The notes beneath the pieces were generated by a model. It was not told the DNA's origin and did no database searches. It was given only the letters and a program-made list of their open reading frames with translations. This document shows, piece by piece, positions 12,471 to 23,382 of a DNA stretch of 64,000 bases. A program made the position numbers and the translations under genes. The stretch covers positions 15,548 through 79,547 of the forward strand of contig JAAYBX010000020.1 in NCBI GenBank assembly GCA_012729955.1. Reading direction: 5' to 3'. The first letter of the stretch is position 1. Each line of letters starts with the position of its first letter. This DNA comes from Clostridiaceae bacterium (GTDB taxonomy: Bacteria > Bacillota > Clostridia > DUPQ01).

Positions 12471-13380
12471 TATCTGTCTTAATATACTCTGCTATTTCAT
12501 TTACATCTGCATATACTAGAGGATTGATAAATTTCGCATGCTTATATTTCTTAAACCATGTTATCTGTCTTTTTGCGTAATTTCTTGTATTCTGCTTAAG
12601 TATATTTACCATTTCTTCATAGGTACATAAACCTCTGAGATATTCCACAATTTCTTTGTATCCGATAGCTGATAAAGCGTTACAGTTGGTATCATATCCC
12701 CTGTTCAGGATACCTTCTACTTCTTCAACTAATCCTGCTTTAAGCATTTCTTCAACCCTTTTTTCTATTCTTAAATATAGTTCCTCTCTTGGCATTTCCA
12801 GAATATACATACTGAATATAAAAGAACCCGAATTGTTTAAAGCATTTTTTTTATATTCATCCAGAGTTCCTTCATAATTACTGAGTATATCAAGATACCT
12901 TAATACTCTTTTTGTATTGTTTGGATGAGTTGATAAAGCCGCAGCTGCATCTCTCTTCATAAGAAGATGATATAATTTATCCTTACCATTATTTTTAAGA
13001 TAGTTTTCAAAATAATCTCTGTTGCTTTTTTCTTCTTTATGAAAATCGATGTTATATAGTAAAGCATCGAGATAAAGTCCTGTTCCGCCAGTTATTATAG
13101 GGATTTTTTTTCTGTTTATTATGTCATTTATACAATCAACTGCTGCTTTTTTGTATTGAGCTACAGAGTAGTTATGAGCAATGTCACATATGTCAATCAT
13201 ATGATGTCTGACTTTATTTAACTCTTTTTTATTGGGTTTTGCAGTGCCTATATCCATATATCTGTATATCTGCATTGAATCTGCTGATACTATTTCACCA
13301 TCAACTCTCTCGCAAAGAGATAATGATACTGATGATTTTCCAGATGCTGTGGGGCCAGTAATGATTATGACATTATTCAT
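12463..13380 (-). CDS. miaA: tRNA dimethylallyltransferase MiaA
   Basis: GPTASGKS P-loop followed by SADSMQIYR and DIGTAKP. Confidence 0.93.
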   Translation of the reverse strand: MNNVIIITGPTASGKSSVSLSLCERVDGEIVSADSMQIYRYMDIGTAKPNKKELNKVRHHMIDICDIAHNYSVAQYKKAAVDCINDIINRKKIPIITGGTGLYLDALLYNIDFHKEEKSNRDYFENYLKNNGKDKLYHLLMKRDAAAALSTHPNNTKRVLRYLDILSNYEGTLDEYKKNALNNSGSFIFSMYILEMPREELYLRIEKRVEEMLKAGLVEEVEGILNRGYDTNCNALSAIGYKEIVEYLRGLCTYEEMVNILKQNTRNYAKRQITWFKKYKHAKFINPLVYADVNEIAEYIKTDIS

Positions 13381-15182
13381 TATACAATCCTTTTAAAGAA
13401 CTTATCGAAATCATACTTTGTCATTTTTATCATTGTCGGTCTGCCATGTGGACAAGTGAATGGATTATCCAGTTTCATCAAATTTTCAAATATATACTGC
13501 ATTTGCTTTTCATCAAGCTTTTTGTTGGCTTTCACTGCAGCCTTACAAGCAAGTGAATATAGTGCGGTATGAACTTTATCTTTTCTTTCATTCTGCATAT
13601 CATCAAGCATGGCTTTGAATGCATCTTTTATATCGCATTCGTTTATTGTAGATGGTATTTCCCTTATTAAAATTGAATTTTTACCGAATTCGGAGTAATC
13701 AAATCCTACCCTTCTTATAAACTCTGAATTTTGTGATATGAATTGCATTTCGGTACTTGTAATTACAACTTCAATTGGGACCATTATCTGCTGTGAAATA
13801 ACAGTTCTGTTCTCATAATCTTTTTTTAATAATTCATAAACCATTTTTTCATGAGCTGCATGCTGGTCGACTATATAAATATACTCATTCTTATCAATTA
13901 TTATATATGTATTAAATATCTGCCCTGCTATTTTATATGGTTTTATATCATATTCATTTTTTATAATATTTTCTTTATCAAATTTACCTGTATTTACAGC
14001 ATTATCTTTCGTTTGTTCTTTGTATTCTGTTTTCTGTTCATTAAAAATATTACTGTTTTGTTGTATCTGATGTACTTCTTCAGAAAACTTTGACAACTGA
14101 TCATTAAAATCTATAATCGTATTTTTCTCTTCCTTTTTCTCTTCTGATTTTATATATGTAGGTTTAATTGAAGAAGGTACAAATACCTCCTGTTCCTTAT
14201 CTAACGCTTCTTTTATAATAAAATTAAGCTTCCCGAATATGTCACTTATATTCGAAATTTTAACCTCTGTCTTAGCAGGATGCACGTTAACATCTAAATT
14301 TTGAGCTGGAATATCAAGCTTTAATACATAGAAAGGAAATTTACCTTTCATAATACGGGTTTCATAGGCTCTTTCTATTGATATATTCAGTTCTGGATAT
14401 TTCACATATCTGTTATTAACAAATAAGCTTTGATGCTGCCTGTTTCCTCTTGATGCAAATGGTTTGCCTATATATCCGGAAACAGAGAATCCTTCTGACT
14501 GGGCATTAACTTTTATTATGTCATTTGCTATATCCCTGCCATATACTCCGTATATGCTGTTAATAAGCTCACTATCGCCGTTTGTCCTTATAACTTCCTC
14601 ATTATTGCAAATCATTATAAAAGCTGCATGAGTATTTGCCAATGCCAACCTTAAAACTATATCCGTGCAATATCTTGTTTCCTGAATATCTCCTTTGAGA
14701 AATTTATATCTTGCCGGTGTATTGAAAAACAGATTTCTCACTTCTACTGTCGTACCTGGCGCTCGGGCTGCTTTTGTTATGCTTTTAAGCTGCAGGGCTT
14801 CAAATACAGCTTTTACCGCATATTCATTTTCAGAAGTCCTTGTTGTCAAAGTGACATTTGAGACTGAAGCGATACTTGGCAAGGCTTCACCTCGGAAACC
14901 CATAGTGGTTATATTTGATAAATCTGATATCTGTCGGATTTTACTTGTCCCATGTCTTTCAAAAGCCATGGGAATATCCTCCTGTTCAATACCTTTACCA
15001 TTATCTGAGACTTTTATATATCCGATACCGCCATTTTTTATTTCAATTTCTATTCTATCTGCTCCTGCATCAATTGAATTCTCAATAAGTTCCTTAAGGA
15101 CAGATGCAGGTCTTTCAACTACCTCTCCGGCGGCTATCTGATTCGATGTGAATTCATCCAGTATTATAATTTTACCGCTCAT
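13380..15182 (-). CDS. mutL: DNA mismatch repair protein MutL
   Basis: GHKL ATPase N-terminus (AAGEVVERP, ELIENSIDAG), 600 aa, directly downstream of mutS. Confidence 0.95.
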   Translation of the reverse strand: MSGKIIILDEFTSNQIAAGEVVERPASVLKELIENSIDAGADRIEIEIKNGGIGYIKVSDNGKGIEQEDIPMAFERHGTSKIRQISDLSNITTMGFRGEALPSIASVSNVTLTTRTSENEYAVKAVFEALQLKSITKAARAPGTTVEVRNLFFNTPARYKFLKGDIQETRYCTDIVLRLALANTHAAFIMICNNEEVIRTNGDSELINSIYGVYGRDIANDIIKVNAQSEGFSVSGYIGKPFASRGNRQHQSLFVNNRYVKYPELNISIERAYETRIMKGKFPFYVLKLDIPAQNLDVNVHPAKTEVKISNISDIFGKLNFIIKEALDKEQEVFVPSSIKPTYIKSEEKKEEKNTIIDFNDQLSKFSEEVHQIQQNSNIFNEQKTEYKEQTKDNAVNTGKFDKENIIKNEYDIKPYKIAGQIFNTYIIIDKNEYIYIVDQHAAHEKMVYELLKKDYENRTVISQQIMVPIEVVITSTEMQFISQNSEFIRRVGFDYSEFGKNSILIREIPSTINECDIKDAFKAMLDDMQNERKDKVHTALYSLACKAAVKANKKLDEKQMQYIFENLMKLDNPFTCPHGRPTMIKMTKYDFDKFFKRIV

Positions 15183-15193
15183 AAAAGATTACC

Positions 15194-17758
15194 TCATACT
15201 TTGCTTTTTAACTCATATAGTTTGTTTAATGCTTCCAAAGGCGTCATCTTTTGAATATCACAATGATTAAGTATTTCAATAATTTCCTTATATCCATTAT
15301 CCCTCTTATTAAACTCCAGTATTCCTATCTGGCCTTCCATAAAAGATTCCTTTTTCTTTATACGTGCTTTTTTGTTCTCACTTTTCTCCAGTTCTGAGAG
15401 AAATTCCCCTGCTCTGACAATTAACTGTTCTGGTACTCCTGCTAAACGTGCTACTTCTATCCCATAACTTTCATTAGCTGCTCCTCTTTTAACTTTTCGT
15501 AAGAATACTATATCCTTATCTTTTTTAATTGCTGATATGAAATAGTTTCTGACACCTAAGAATTTATCTTCTAGAACAGTAAGCTCATGGTAATGAGTGG
15601 AAAACAATGTCCGTAATGATTTAGTTTCATTCAAATATTCAATCACTGCCCAAGCGATTGATAATCCGTCAAATGTGCTTGTACCTCTGCCTATTTCGTC
15701 AAGTATCAATAAAGACCTGTCTGTAGCATTTTCCAGAATATATGCAAGTTCGCTCATCTCCATCATAAATGTGCTTTTCCCACCTGCAAGATCATCGCTT
15801 GCCCCAATTCTTGTAAATATTTTATCTGTTATACCTATTTTTGCAGATTGGGCTGGTACAAATGATCCTATGTGAGCCATTATAGTTATAAGGGCGGCTT
15901 GTCTCATATATGTGGACTTCCCTGACATATTAGGACCTGTTATAATCAGTGTCTTGTCTGTGGAATCATTTATAAACAAGTCATTAGGCATAAATTCAGG
16001 ACATGTCGGCATTCTTTCTACTACAGGATGTCTCCCTTCCTTGATATCAATCTCGCATACAGCTGTTATTTCCGGCCGGGCATATAAGTTTCTGTCAGCT
16101 ACTTCGCTAAGCGAGCACAGTACATCCATTACAGAAAGGCTGTATGCTGTTTTTAAGAGTCTTTCGGCATTGGAAGCAATAATATCCCTTATTTTGCAGA
16201 AGATCTCATATTCAAGCCTGATAAGTTTTTCCTCAGCACCTAATATGGATTCCTCCATATTTTTGAGTTCTTGCGTTATGTATCTTTCACTGTTTACAAG
16301 TGTCTGTTTCCTTATATAATCATCAGGAACCTGGTCAGTAAAACTGTTTGTAACCTCAATATAATACCCGAAAACTTTATTATATGATACCCTTAGCTTC
16401 TTGATGCCGGTTCTTTCTTTTTCCTTTTCCTCAAAAGCTATTATCCAGCTTTTACCTCCATGAGATGCTTTTCTTAATTCATCAACTTCACTATCAAAAC
16501 CTGATTTAATCAGATTGCCTTCACGTAAAATCAGAGGGCAGTCTTCATTGATGCTTCTTTCTATAAGGCTGCACAAATCATCGAAAACATCAACATCCTT
16601 ATCTAATTCTATACATAAAGCAGTTTCAAGCTTAACAGACAGCTGCTTGATATAAGGGAGCTTGTATAATGAATTTTTTAAAGCAATAAGGTCTTTCCCG
16701 TTGGCATTTGCCATTACAGTCTTTGAAACTAGCCTTTCTATATCATACACGCTCTTTAAAAGTTCCATTATTTCTTGACGCATTATATATTTGTCTTTAA
16801 GTTCAGAAACCGAATCAAGACGCAAATTTATATCATTAATGTCATTTAAAGGCTGCTCAATCCATTTTTTCAATAGTCTTGAACCCATAGAAGTGGATGT
16901 ATTGTCTAGTACCCATAATAAAGTACCATACCTCTTTTTATCCCTCAAGTTTTCTGTGAGTTCAAGATTATATCTTGCATTATAGTCAAGAGACATATAT
17001 TGCTCTGCTTCATACACATTGACTGAAGTAATATGTGAAATATCAGATTTTCTTGTTTCCTGCAGATATTTATAGAGAGCTGAACATGCATTCCTCCAAA
17101 TATCAAAGTCATTTGTCTTAATTTTGCTTTTAATAGATATTTCCGGGAAAGATGACTCGAATAATGTCAATGGAATTTCAGAAATATATACATTTATATG
17201 TTCTTTAACAAACTGCGTGTCAAAATTCGATATAATTTCTTTGGGTTTATATTTAACAATTTCATTTATCAGTTTTTCAAGAGTGTTACCATATATTATC
17301 TGACAGCTGTATAATTCTCCAGTTGAGACATCGCATACAGCTAATGAATAGACATCACCTCTTTTAAAAAGAGACATTATATAATTGTTTTCTTTTTCGT
17401 CCAGTAAAGTATTCTCATTAACCGTTCCAGGAGTGATAATTCTAGTGACATCCCTTTTAACTATTCCTTTAGCTAATGCAGGGTCTTCCAGTTGCTCGCA
17501 TATTGCTACTTTATATCCTTTTTTTATAAGCTTAGCTACATATGGATCAACGCTGTGATAGGGTACGCCGCACATGGGCGCCCTATCATCCATACCGCAA
17601 TTTCTTCCGGTTAGCGTTATTTCCAGTTCTTTTGATGCAGTAAGAGCATCATCAAAAAACATCTCATAAAAATCACCCAAACGAAACATAAGGATGCAGT
17701 CTTTGTACTGTTCCTTTGTTTTCAGATACTGTTTCATCATAGGTGTGAGATTTTCCAT
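15194..17758 (-). CDS. mutS: DNA mismatch repair protein MutS
   Basis: TPMMKQY mismatch-binding N-terminus and GPNMSGKST Walker A; 854 aa. Confidence 0.96.
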   Translation of the reverse strand: MENLTPMMKQYLKTKEQYKDCILMFRLGDFYEMFFDDALTASKELEITLTGRNCGMDDRAPMCGVPYHSVDPYVAKLIKKGYKVAICEQLEDPALAKGIVKRDVTRIITPGTVNENTLLDEKENNYIMSLFKRGDVYSLAVCDVSTGELYSCQIIYGNTLEKLINEIVKYKPKEIISNFDTQFVKEHINVYISEIPLTLFESSFPEISIKSKIKTNDFDIWRNACSALYKYLQETRKSDISHITSVNVYEAEQYMSLDYNARYNLELTENLRDKKRYGTLLWVLDNTSTSMGSRLLKKWIEQPLNDINDINLRLDSVSELKDKYIMRQEIMELLKSVYDIERLVSKTVMANANGKDLIALKNSLYKLPYIKQLSVKLETALCIELDKDVDVFDDLCSLIERSINEDCPLILREGNLIKSGFDSEVDELRKASHGGKSWIIAFEEKEKERTGIKKLRVSYNKVFGYYIEVTNSFTDQVPDDYIRKQTLVNSERYITQELKNMEESILGAEEKLIRLEYEIFCKIRDIIASNAERLLKTAYSLSVMDVLCSLSEVADRNLYARPEITAVCEIDIKEGRHPVVERMPTCPEFMPNDLFINDSTDKTLIITGPNMSGKSTYMRQAALITIMAHIGSFVPAQSAKIGITDKIFTRIGASDDLAGGKSTFMMEMSELAYILENATDRSLLILDEIGRGTSTFDGLSIAWAVIEYLNETKSLRTLFSTHYHELTVLEDKFLGVRNYFISAIKKDKDIVFLRKVKRGAANESYGIEVARLAGVPEQLIVRAGEFLSELEKSENKKARIKKKESFMEGQIGILEFNKRDNGYKEIIEILNHCDIQKMTPLEALNKLYELKSKV

Positions 17759-18175
17759 TTAGTTGCAGCCTCCGCAACAGCCTTCTTCACAACCATCATC
17801 ACATGAGCATCCATCATCGCATGAGCATCCGCATCCATCATGACCTGCATCTAATCCGAGATTCTGCATTATCTTGTTAGTTATCTGCTGTAAGAGTTCA
17901 TCCAAAGCCTGTTTTGCTCTTATGTAATTGCCTGTTGCAGCGTAATTCATAAGCTCAGAATGTCTTGATTCCAATACATTCTCCAAAGCGATTATCTCGT
18001 CATGGTTACCTTCATTGTATGTCTTCATGTATTCCTGCTGAAGATCAGAAAACGCATTAACCATGTCTATACCGTGGCCGTCATTCTCCAGCTCTACTTC
18101 TGCTTCCAAATAATCGGAATATTGTTTTGTCTCCTCGATTAATTTACTTAATTCGTCAACTTTGTCAAATATCAT
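17759..18175 (-). CDS. YlbF/YmcA (RicA)-family protein with a cysteine-rich C-terminal tail. The start is placed at the second Met, MIFDKV.
   Basis: About 140-aa helical protein between miaB and mutS, the same position as B. subtilis ymcA. The C-terminus is GCGCSCDDGCSCDDGCEEGCCGGCN. Confidence 0.65.
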   Translation of the reverse strand: MIFDKVDELSKLIEETKQYSDYLEAEVELENDGHGIDMVNAFSDLQQEYMKTYNEGNHDEIIALENVLESRHSELMNYAATGNYIRAKQALDELLQQITNKIMQNLGLDAGHDGCGCSCDDGCSCDDGCEEGCCGGCN

Positions 18176-19491
18176 ATTTTTTCTCCTTCTAAGTGCCATG
18201 TATGGCCTTTTACTATTTTAACATCAATAAGACTGCCTGTAAAATCAGTATCACATTTAAAATTAACAATCTTATTGCTCCTTGTTCTGCCCGTCATCAC
18301 AAGATCGTCAGTTCTGCTTTTCCCTTCCACAAGAACCTGTAAAACCTTATTCTCATCATTAATGTTACTCTTTAAAGTCATGTCGTTAACAAGACTTATC
18401 AGTTTTGCAAATCTTCTGTTCTTTACATCATCCGGTATCTGATCCTCTCTATTTGCAGCAGGAGTACCGCTTCGTTTTGAATAGATAAAAGTGTATGCGA
18501 AATCAAAACCTGCTTTTTCGTATACTTGAAGAGTCTCTTGAAAATCATCCTCTGTCTCTCCTGGAAATCCTACAATAATATCTGTGCTTATCGTAATATC
18601 TTTGAGGGATTCACGAATCTTTTCAATCAGAAAAAGGTACTCGTCCTTAGTATATTTCCGGTTCATCTGCTTTAAGATACTGTTGCTGCCTGATTGTAAA
18701 GGAAGATGAATATGAGAACACATTTGGGGTATTTCCTTCATGGCTTTTATAAGGTTATCAGAAAGATCCTTTGGATGGCTTGTCATAAATCTTATCCTGT
18801 CAATTCCGGATATATCAGATATGTAGTACAGCAGTCCGGGAAAATCCATACCACAGTTGTATGAGTTCACATTCTGCCCTAACAGCGTTATTTCATTTAT
18901 TCCCTCAGAGGCAAGATTAATAATTTCATTCTTAATCATTTCAGGATTTCTTGATTTTTCTCTTCCGCGCACATAAGGCACTATGCAGTATGAACAGAAA
19001 TTATCACATCCATAGGTAATAGGAACAAAAGCAGTTATTATGCTTTTCCTTTTAACCGGAACTTTTTCAATAATACCTTTATTATCCTCCCATACCTCAT
19101 ATATTTTCTTTTTTTCAGTAATCCTTCTAAATAAAAGCTTTGGGAATTCATGCCGGTTATGCGTACCAAAAACAATATCTATATGTTTGTAGCTCTTTTT
19201 AATCTTCTCTACAATATGCTTCTGCTGCATCATGCATCCGCATATGACAATCAGAAGTCCCTCTTTTAACTGCTTCACTGTTTTGAGTTTTCCAATGTGG
19301 CCATAGAGTTTGAATTCTGCATTCTCTCTAACACAGCAAGTATTGAAAACGATAATATCTGCTTTCGCAATATCAAGTGTATCTGTATATCCCATTTGTA
19401 TCAGCATTCCCGAAATCTGCTCGCTGTCCGCTTCATTCATCTGACATCCCAAGGTTTCTATATAGTATTTTAAATTTCTTCCGCGGTTCAT
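18172..19491 (-). CDS. miaB: tRNA-2-methylthio-N6-dimethylallyladenosine synthase MiaB. The start is probably the internal MNRGRNLKYYIETLGCQMN; the ORF track runs on to 19572.
   Basis: MTTase N-terminus YIETLGCQMN, radical SAM CxxxCxxC (CSYCIVP) and a C-terminal TRAM domain. Confidence 0.9.
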   Translation of the reverse strand: MNRGRNLKYYIETLGCQMNEADSEQISGMLIQMGYTDTLDIAKADIIVFNTCCVRENAEFKLYGHIGKLKTVKQLKEGLLIVICGCMMQQKHIVEKIKKSYKHIDIVFGTHNRHEFPKLLFRRITEKKKIYEVWEDNKGIIEKVPVKRKSIITAFVPITYGCDNFCSYCIVPYVRGREKSRNPEMIKNEIINLASEGINEITLLGQNVNSYNCGMDFPGLLYYISDISGIDRIRFMTSHPKDLSDNLIKAMKEIPQMCSHIHLPLQSGSNSILKQMNRKYTKDEYLFLIEKIRESLKDITISTDIIVGFPGETEDDFQETLQVYEKAGFDFAYTFIYSKRSGTPAANREDQIPDDVKNRRFAKLISLVNDMTLKSNINDENKVLQVLVEGKSRTDDLVMTGRTRSNKIVNFKCDTDFTGSLIDVKIVKGHTWHLEGEKI

Positions 19492-19650
19492 CGATGCTAT
19501 TTGATGGCAGTACTCAGCCTGTTCATCAAATACTATGCAATCCGCTGAATTCCTATTCTGCAAATTATCCATATCCTAGATTATATCAATTTTAAGTTAT
19601 AAATAAAATACCCGCTACATAAGGTAACGGGTAAGATACATTATTAATGC

Positions 19651-20043
19651 TTACTGGTTTAGTTCATCCCTGTTGGAAACAATAATACTTAAGGTTTTTT
19701 CAATACTTCCCTGAACTGATGCGAGTAACTCGTCTGCGTACCTTAATGCTGCTTTCTTAATATCATTAGCTTCTTTTTTAGCATCTTCTGATACAGTGAT
19801 TTCACTTGGAGGTGATACCTGTTCTTTGGTTTTCGATTCTTGTATCATACGAAGAAGTTCCTTGTTCTTTGCTTCTTCTTCCTGATCTCTCTGTTTGATA
19901 GCATTTTTAAGATAATAAATCAAGTCCAGCATCTCATCTTTGCTAATAGATACCTTGTCAGAAAAGACAGTCTGTTTAGCGCTGGTTACAAGATCTTCCA
20001 TCTGTTCAATTATCTCATATTCATTCATAGTATTGTTATCCAT
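19651..20043 (-). CDS. Hypothetical acidic coiled-coil protein, 130 aa
   Basis: Clean ORF with a downstream hairpin and U-run at 19598-19640. No recognisable motif. Confidence 0.45.
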   Translation of the reverse strand: MDNNTMNEYEIIEQMEDLVTSAKQTVFSDKVSISKDEMLDLIYYLKNAIKQRDQEEEAKNKELLRMIQESKTKEQVSPPSEITVSEDAKKEANDIKKAALRYADELLASVQGSIEKTLSIIVSNRDELNQ

Positions 20044-20047
20044 TACA

Positions 20048-20539
20048 TTACCTCACATTATTTAAAAGAAATTTTTTTCTTACATCATCTATTATACCAT
20101 CAGGTATCAATCCTTCTATAGGGCCTCCGTGCAAAGCAAGTTCCTTTACTGCTGATGAGCTCAAGAATGAATAATTAATATTTGTCATTAGGAATACTGT
20201 CTCTATATTCTCATCCATTCGTTTGTTTAGAAAAGCCATTTGCATTTCATATTCAAAATCCGACACTGCGCGTAAACCTTTGACTATGCATATAGCGTTC
20301 TTTCTCCTTGCATAATCAATTAAAAGCCCATGGAAGCATTCAACTTCGACATTCTTCATCCCGTTTAGAGATCTTTTTATAAAATCTATTCTTTCATCAA
20401 TTGTAAACACACTTTTCTTAAACTTGTTTTCGCCTACAGCGACAATCAGCTTGTCGCACATTACGCTTGCTCTTGATATAATATCTATGTGTCCTTTTGT
20501 AACCGGATCAAAACTTCCCGGACATATCCAAATCTTCAT
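20048..20539 (-). CDS. coaD: Phosphopantetheine adenylyltransferase CoaD. The start is placed at [12 protein letters not shown].
   Basis: [11 protein letters not shown](ID) nucleotidyltransferase motif. Confidence 0.9.
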   Translation of the reverse strand: MKIWICPGSFDPVTKGHIDIISRASVMCDKLIVAVGENKFKKSVFTIDERIDFIKRSLNGMKNVEVECFHGLLIDYARRKNAICIVKGLRAVSDFEYEMQMAFLNKRMDENIETVFLMTNINYSFLSSSAVKELALHGGPIEGLIPDGIIDDVRKKFLLNNVR

Positions 20540-21092
20540 AGTTCCCCTTAATATAAAACGCGAATACGCAGATTCCATACCTTCTTTTGTCTGTCAGCAC
20601 AAGTTTTGCAGGGTTTTCCAGCACAATATCTTTTTCTGACAGTTCTGCAATTACAACGCTATTATTTCCCATTATATCATACAAATCACTGTTTTCAATA
20701 ATTCTTTCATATAGCCCTGTATTGTATGGAGGATCAAGAAAAATGTGTGTAAATTTCTTATTTTCTTTTTTTAGAATCCTTAATGCAGACTGCCAGTCAC
20801 TCTGGATGGTTCTGGCACTATCAGAAAAACCGCATTTTACAATATTCCTTTTTGTCAGTGAAATATCCTTATCAATAAATACTGCCTGTTTTGCGCCTCT
20901 GGAAAGGCATTCCAGCCCTATACTGCCTGTACCAGAGAATACATCCAGTACATATGATTCTTCTATTGGATATCTTGCACTTATAATATTAAATAGATTC
21001 TCTTTAGTCCTGTCATATGTTGGACGGACATTCTGTCCTTTAGGTCCTTCTAATATTAAACTTTTTCTGCTTCCTGCTATTATTCTCGGCAT
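20508..21092 (-). CDS. rsmD: 16S rRNA (guanine966-N2)-methyltransferase RsmD
   Basis: [17 protein letters not shown] motif and the DPPY motif, upstream of coaD as in Bacillus ylbH-coaD. Confidence 0.88.
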   Translation of the reverse strand: MPRIIAGSRKSLILEGPKGQNVRPTYDRTKENLFNIISARYPIEESYVLDVFSGTGSIGLECLSRGAKQAVFIDKDISLTKRNIVKCGFSDSARTIQSDWQSALRILKKENKKFTHIFLDPPYNTGLYERIIENSDLYDIMGNNSVVIAELSEKDIVLENPAKLVLTDKRRYGICVFAFYIKGNYEDLDMSGKF

Positions 21093-21101
21093 ATTTCGTA
21101 C

Positions 21102-23375
21102 TTATCCTATAAAGCTTTCACTTTCTGTTTTAATTCTAAGAGCTTTATCAACGAATATTATAAAATCAGCAGTAGACATCGGTCTTGCATATATATATCC
21201 CTGAATAGCATCACAATTCAACTCTCTCAGTAAATTAAGTTCTTGCCGTGTCTCTACGCCTTCTGCTATAATTCTCATTCCCAAAGTCTTGCCTAAAGTT
21301 ATTACGCCGGAAAGAAGATTGACATTTTTTGAAGGATTGCTATTGTTTGTTTTTAAGAATGCGGCATCTAGCTTAATTATATCAAAATCTAAAGCCTGCA
21401 ATGCTTTAAATGACGAATATCCTGCTCCAAAGTCATCTATAGAACATACAAATCCAAATTTCTTGAGCTCTTTTATTCTTTTACTCAATATATCATAATC
21501 TTCCAGGGCTCTGCTTTCCGTAAATTCCAGTTCTAAAAATCCGTCTTTTATACCATATGAATTCTTTGTATTAACATAATATTCAATGAAACCGTCTTTT
21601 TCCGCACTAGCTCTTGATACATTAACAGAAATAGGTATAATTCTGTTTCCCTGTTTAATCATTTTATTCTGAAATTTACATACTTCAGTAAATACAAACT
21701 TGTCAAGCTGTGAAATATAACCGCTTCTTTCAAAGAGATTTATAAACTGAGAAGGAGGGACTATTCCTTCATTAGGCCTTATCCAGCGCACTAAGGCTTC
21801 AGCTCCATAAATCCTGTTATTGACAAGATCGTATTTAGGTTGATAATAAATGATGAATTCCTCATTACTTAGAGCTTTTTCCATAAATCCTTCAAGAGCA
21901 ATCGTCCTTAGAAGGTCGTCATGGCTCTTTTGGTGATAGAATTCTAAATTGACATTAGAATCCTCCTTGAGCGAATTTTGCGCAAAAGAAGCTCTGTCTA
22001 TCATTTCAGAAATCTGATAATTGGCATTTCTGTCAATACAGTAGACTCCTGCATTTATCCTCATCATGTATCCGCTTACCGGACCTATTGATTTAAGTTT
22101 TTCAATTATATCGTTAAATTTTTCTTCTATGTCATGAATCTCTTTATACATAAGTAATGCTATCATTCTGCCATCAGAAGTACGTCCATATGTTTCAAGG
22201 TTTTTTATCATGCTTTTTCTCAATATATCTGAAAGATTCTTAATCATTGTGTTAACTTCACTTATCGGTAAAAGCTGTTTGATGTTCTTGAAATTCAGTA
22301 TATTAATGTATATTATGGCATATTGTGTTGTTCTGTTGGCTTTAATCAGCTCTCCTGAGTCAATTTCAAACTTATATTGATTTGCACATTCTGCAACTGG
22401 ATCAATGTTCTGAAGCCTTTCCATCTTTCTTAAAGATCTGTTGTCTGTAGCAAGGAATATTATAACGAATATGATAAAAACTGCCATAATAATAACGGAT
22501 ATAAGCATTGTCTGCTCAATGACATATGATGTCTTGCCTGAGATTACTGTAGAAGGAATTAAAGATATGACATACCAGTCAACAATATTCTGAATACTGC
22601 TGACGCTTACAACAGCGCTGTCAAATGAACTTATCACTGTATCTATATTTCCTTCTGACTGCATGAATTTTAAGATATTCAAAATGTCAGATTCAGGAAA
22701 AGCATAACTTTCCAGTAGTGATTTTACAGTTATCCCCTTGTCTTTTTCGAATACGGCAGTACCCTCTTCGTCGACTATATAGTATGAACCGGCATCTGAA
22801 ACATAGAATTCACCGATAGTGTATATGCCTGATACCCTGTAATACGCAGCAATTCCTGAAACATTACTATCAGCATCCTGGCTTGGCATATAAATGATGA
22901 TTAGCTCAGTTTTTGCATTCGAGTCATAAAATGGTTTGCTTAAAGCGATTTCATTTGAAGATTCCAGCTGCTTGAGGTTATCCTCTATAGTCAGATAAAG
23001 CCTTGCATCCTGGTCATATATTCTTCCATCCCGCATGAAATAAATAAACTTAACACAATTAGTGTTATAGTAATAATCATTTATGGATTCTCTTGCATCG
23101 TACTCATTATGCATATTGATAAATGAAAACTCTGCATAATTCAATATACCTTTTGCTTCCAATGACATATTGTCTAATAAGGAATCAAATAAAGCAGATT
23201 TTTCTTTTGTTATCATCTCATTATCTGCAGCAGCCTGCTCCATTACAAACTGAGTAATGGAAAAACGCATCTGGAACAGCATTATAAACAGCAGAAGGAA
23301 CATGATTATTATCATTAAAGGGAAAAGATATGCACTTTTAAAGCTTATTTTCTTCTTCAATTTATCCCTCTGCAT
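21102..23375 (-). CDS. Membrane sensor protein with two TM segments flanking an extracytoplasmic Cache-like domain, a degenerate GGDEF domain and an intact EAL c-di-GMP phosphodiesterase domain
   Basis: TM1 near residue 15, a periplasmic region of about 250 aa, then TM2. The GGDEF signature is replaced by RTSDGRM. The EAL domain has YYQPKYD...GAEALVRW, DDFGAGYSS and EGVET. Confidence 0.8.
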   Translation of the reverse strand: MQRDKLKKKISFKSAYLFPLMIIIMFLLLFIMLFQMRFSITQFVMEQAAADNEMITKEKSALFDSLLDNMSLEAKGILNYAEFSFINMHNEYDARESINDYYYNTNCVKFIYFMRDGRIYDQDARLYLTIEDNLKQLESSNEIALSKPFYDSNAKTELIIIYMPSQDADSNVSGIAAYYRVSGIYTIGEFYVSDAGSYYIVDEEGTAVFEKDKGITVKSLLESYAFPESDILNILKFMQSEGNIDTVISSFDSAVVSVSSIQNIVDWYVISLIPSTVISGKTSYVIEQTMLISVIIMAVFIIFVIIFLATDNRSLRKMERLQNIDPVAECANQYKFEIDSGELIKANRTTQYAIIYINILNFKNIKQLLPISEVNTMIKNLSDILRKSMIKNLETYGRTSDGRMIALLMYKEIHDIEEKFNDIIEKLKSIGPVSGYMMRINAGVYCIDRNANYQISEMIDRASFAQNSLKEDSNVNLEFYHQKSHDDLLRTIALEGFMEKALSNEEFIIYYQPKYDLVNNRIYGAEALVRWIRPNEGIVPPSQFINLFERSGYISQLDKFVFTEVCKFQNKMIKQGNRIIPISVNVSRASAEKDGFIEYYVNTKNSYGIKDGFLELEFTESRALEDYDILSKRIKELKKFGFVCSIDDFGAGYSSFKALQALDFDIIKLDAAFLKTNNSNPSKNVNLLSGVITLGKTLGMRIIAEGVETRQELNLLRELNCDAIQGYIYARPMSTADFIIFVDKALRIKTESESFIG

Positions 23376-23382
23376 TTATAAT

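Noticed and set aside
17760-17830. Apparent short tandem DNA repeats (catcatc / gcatgagcatcc)
   Set aside because: Not a noncoding repeat or CRISPR-like element. It encodes the Cys/Asp/Gly-rich tail of the YmcA-like protein.
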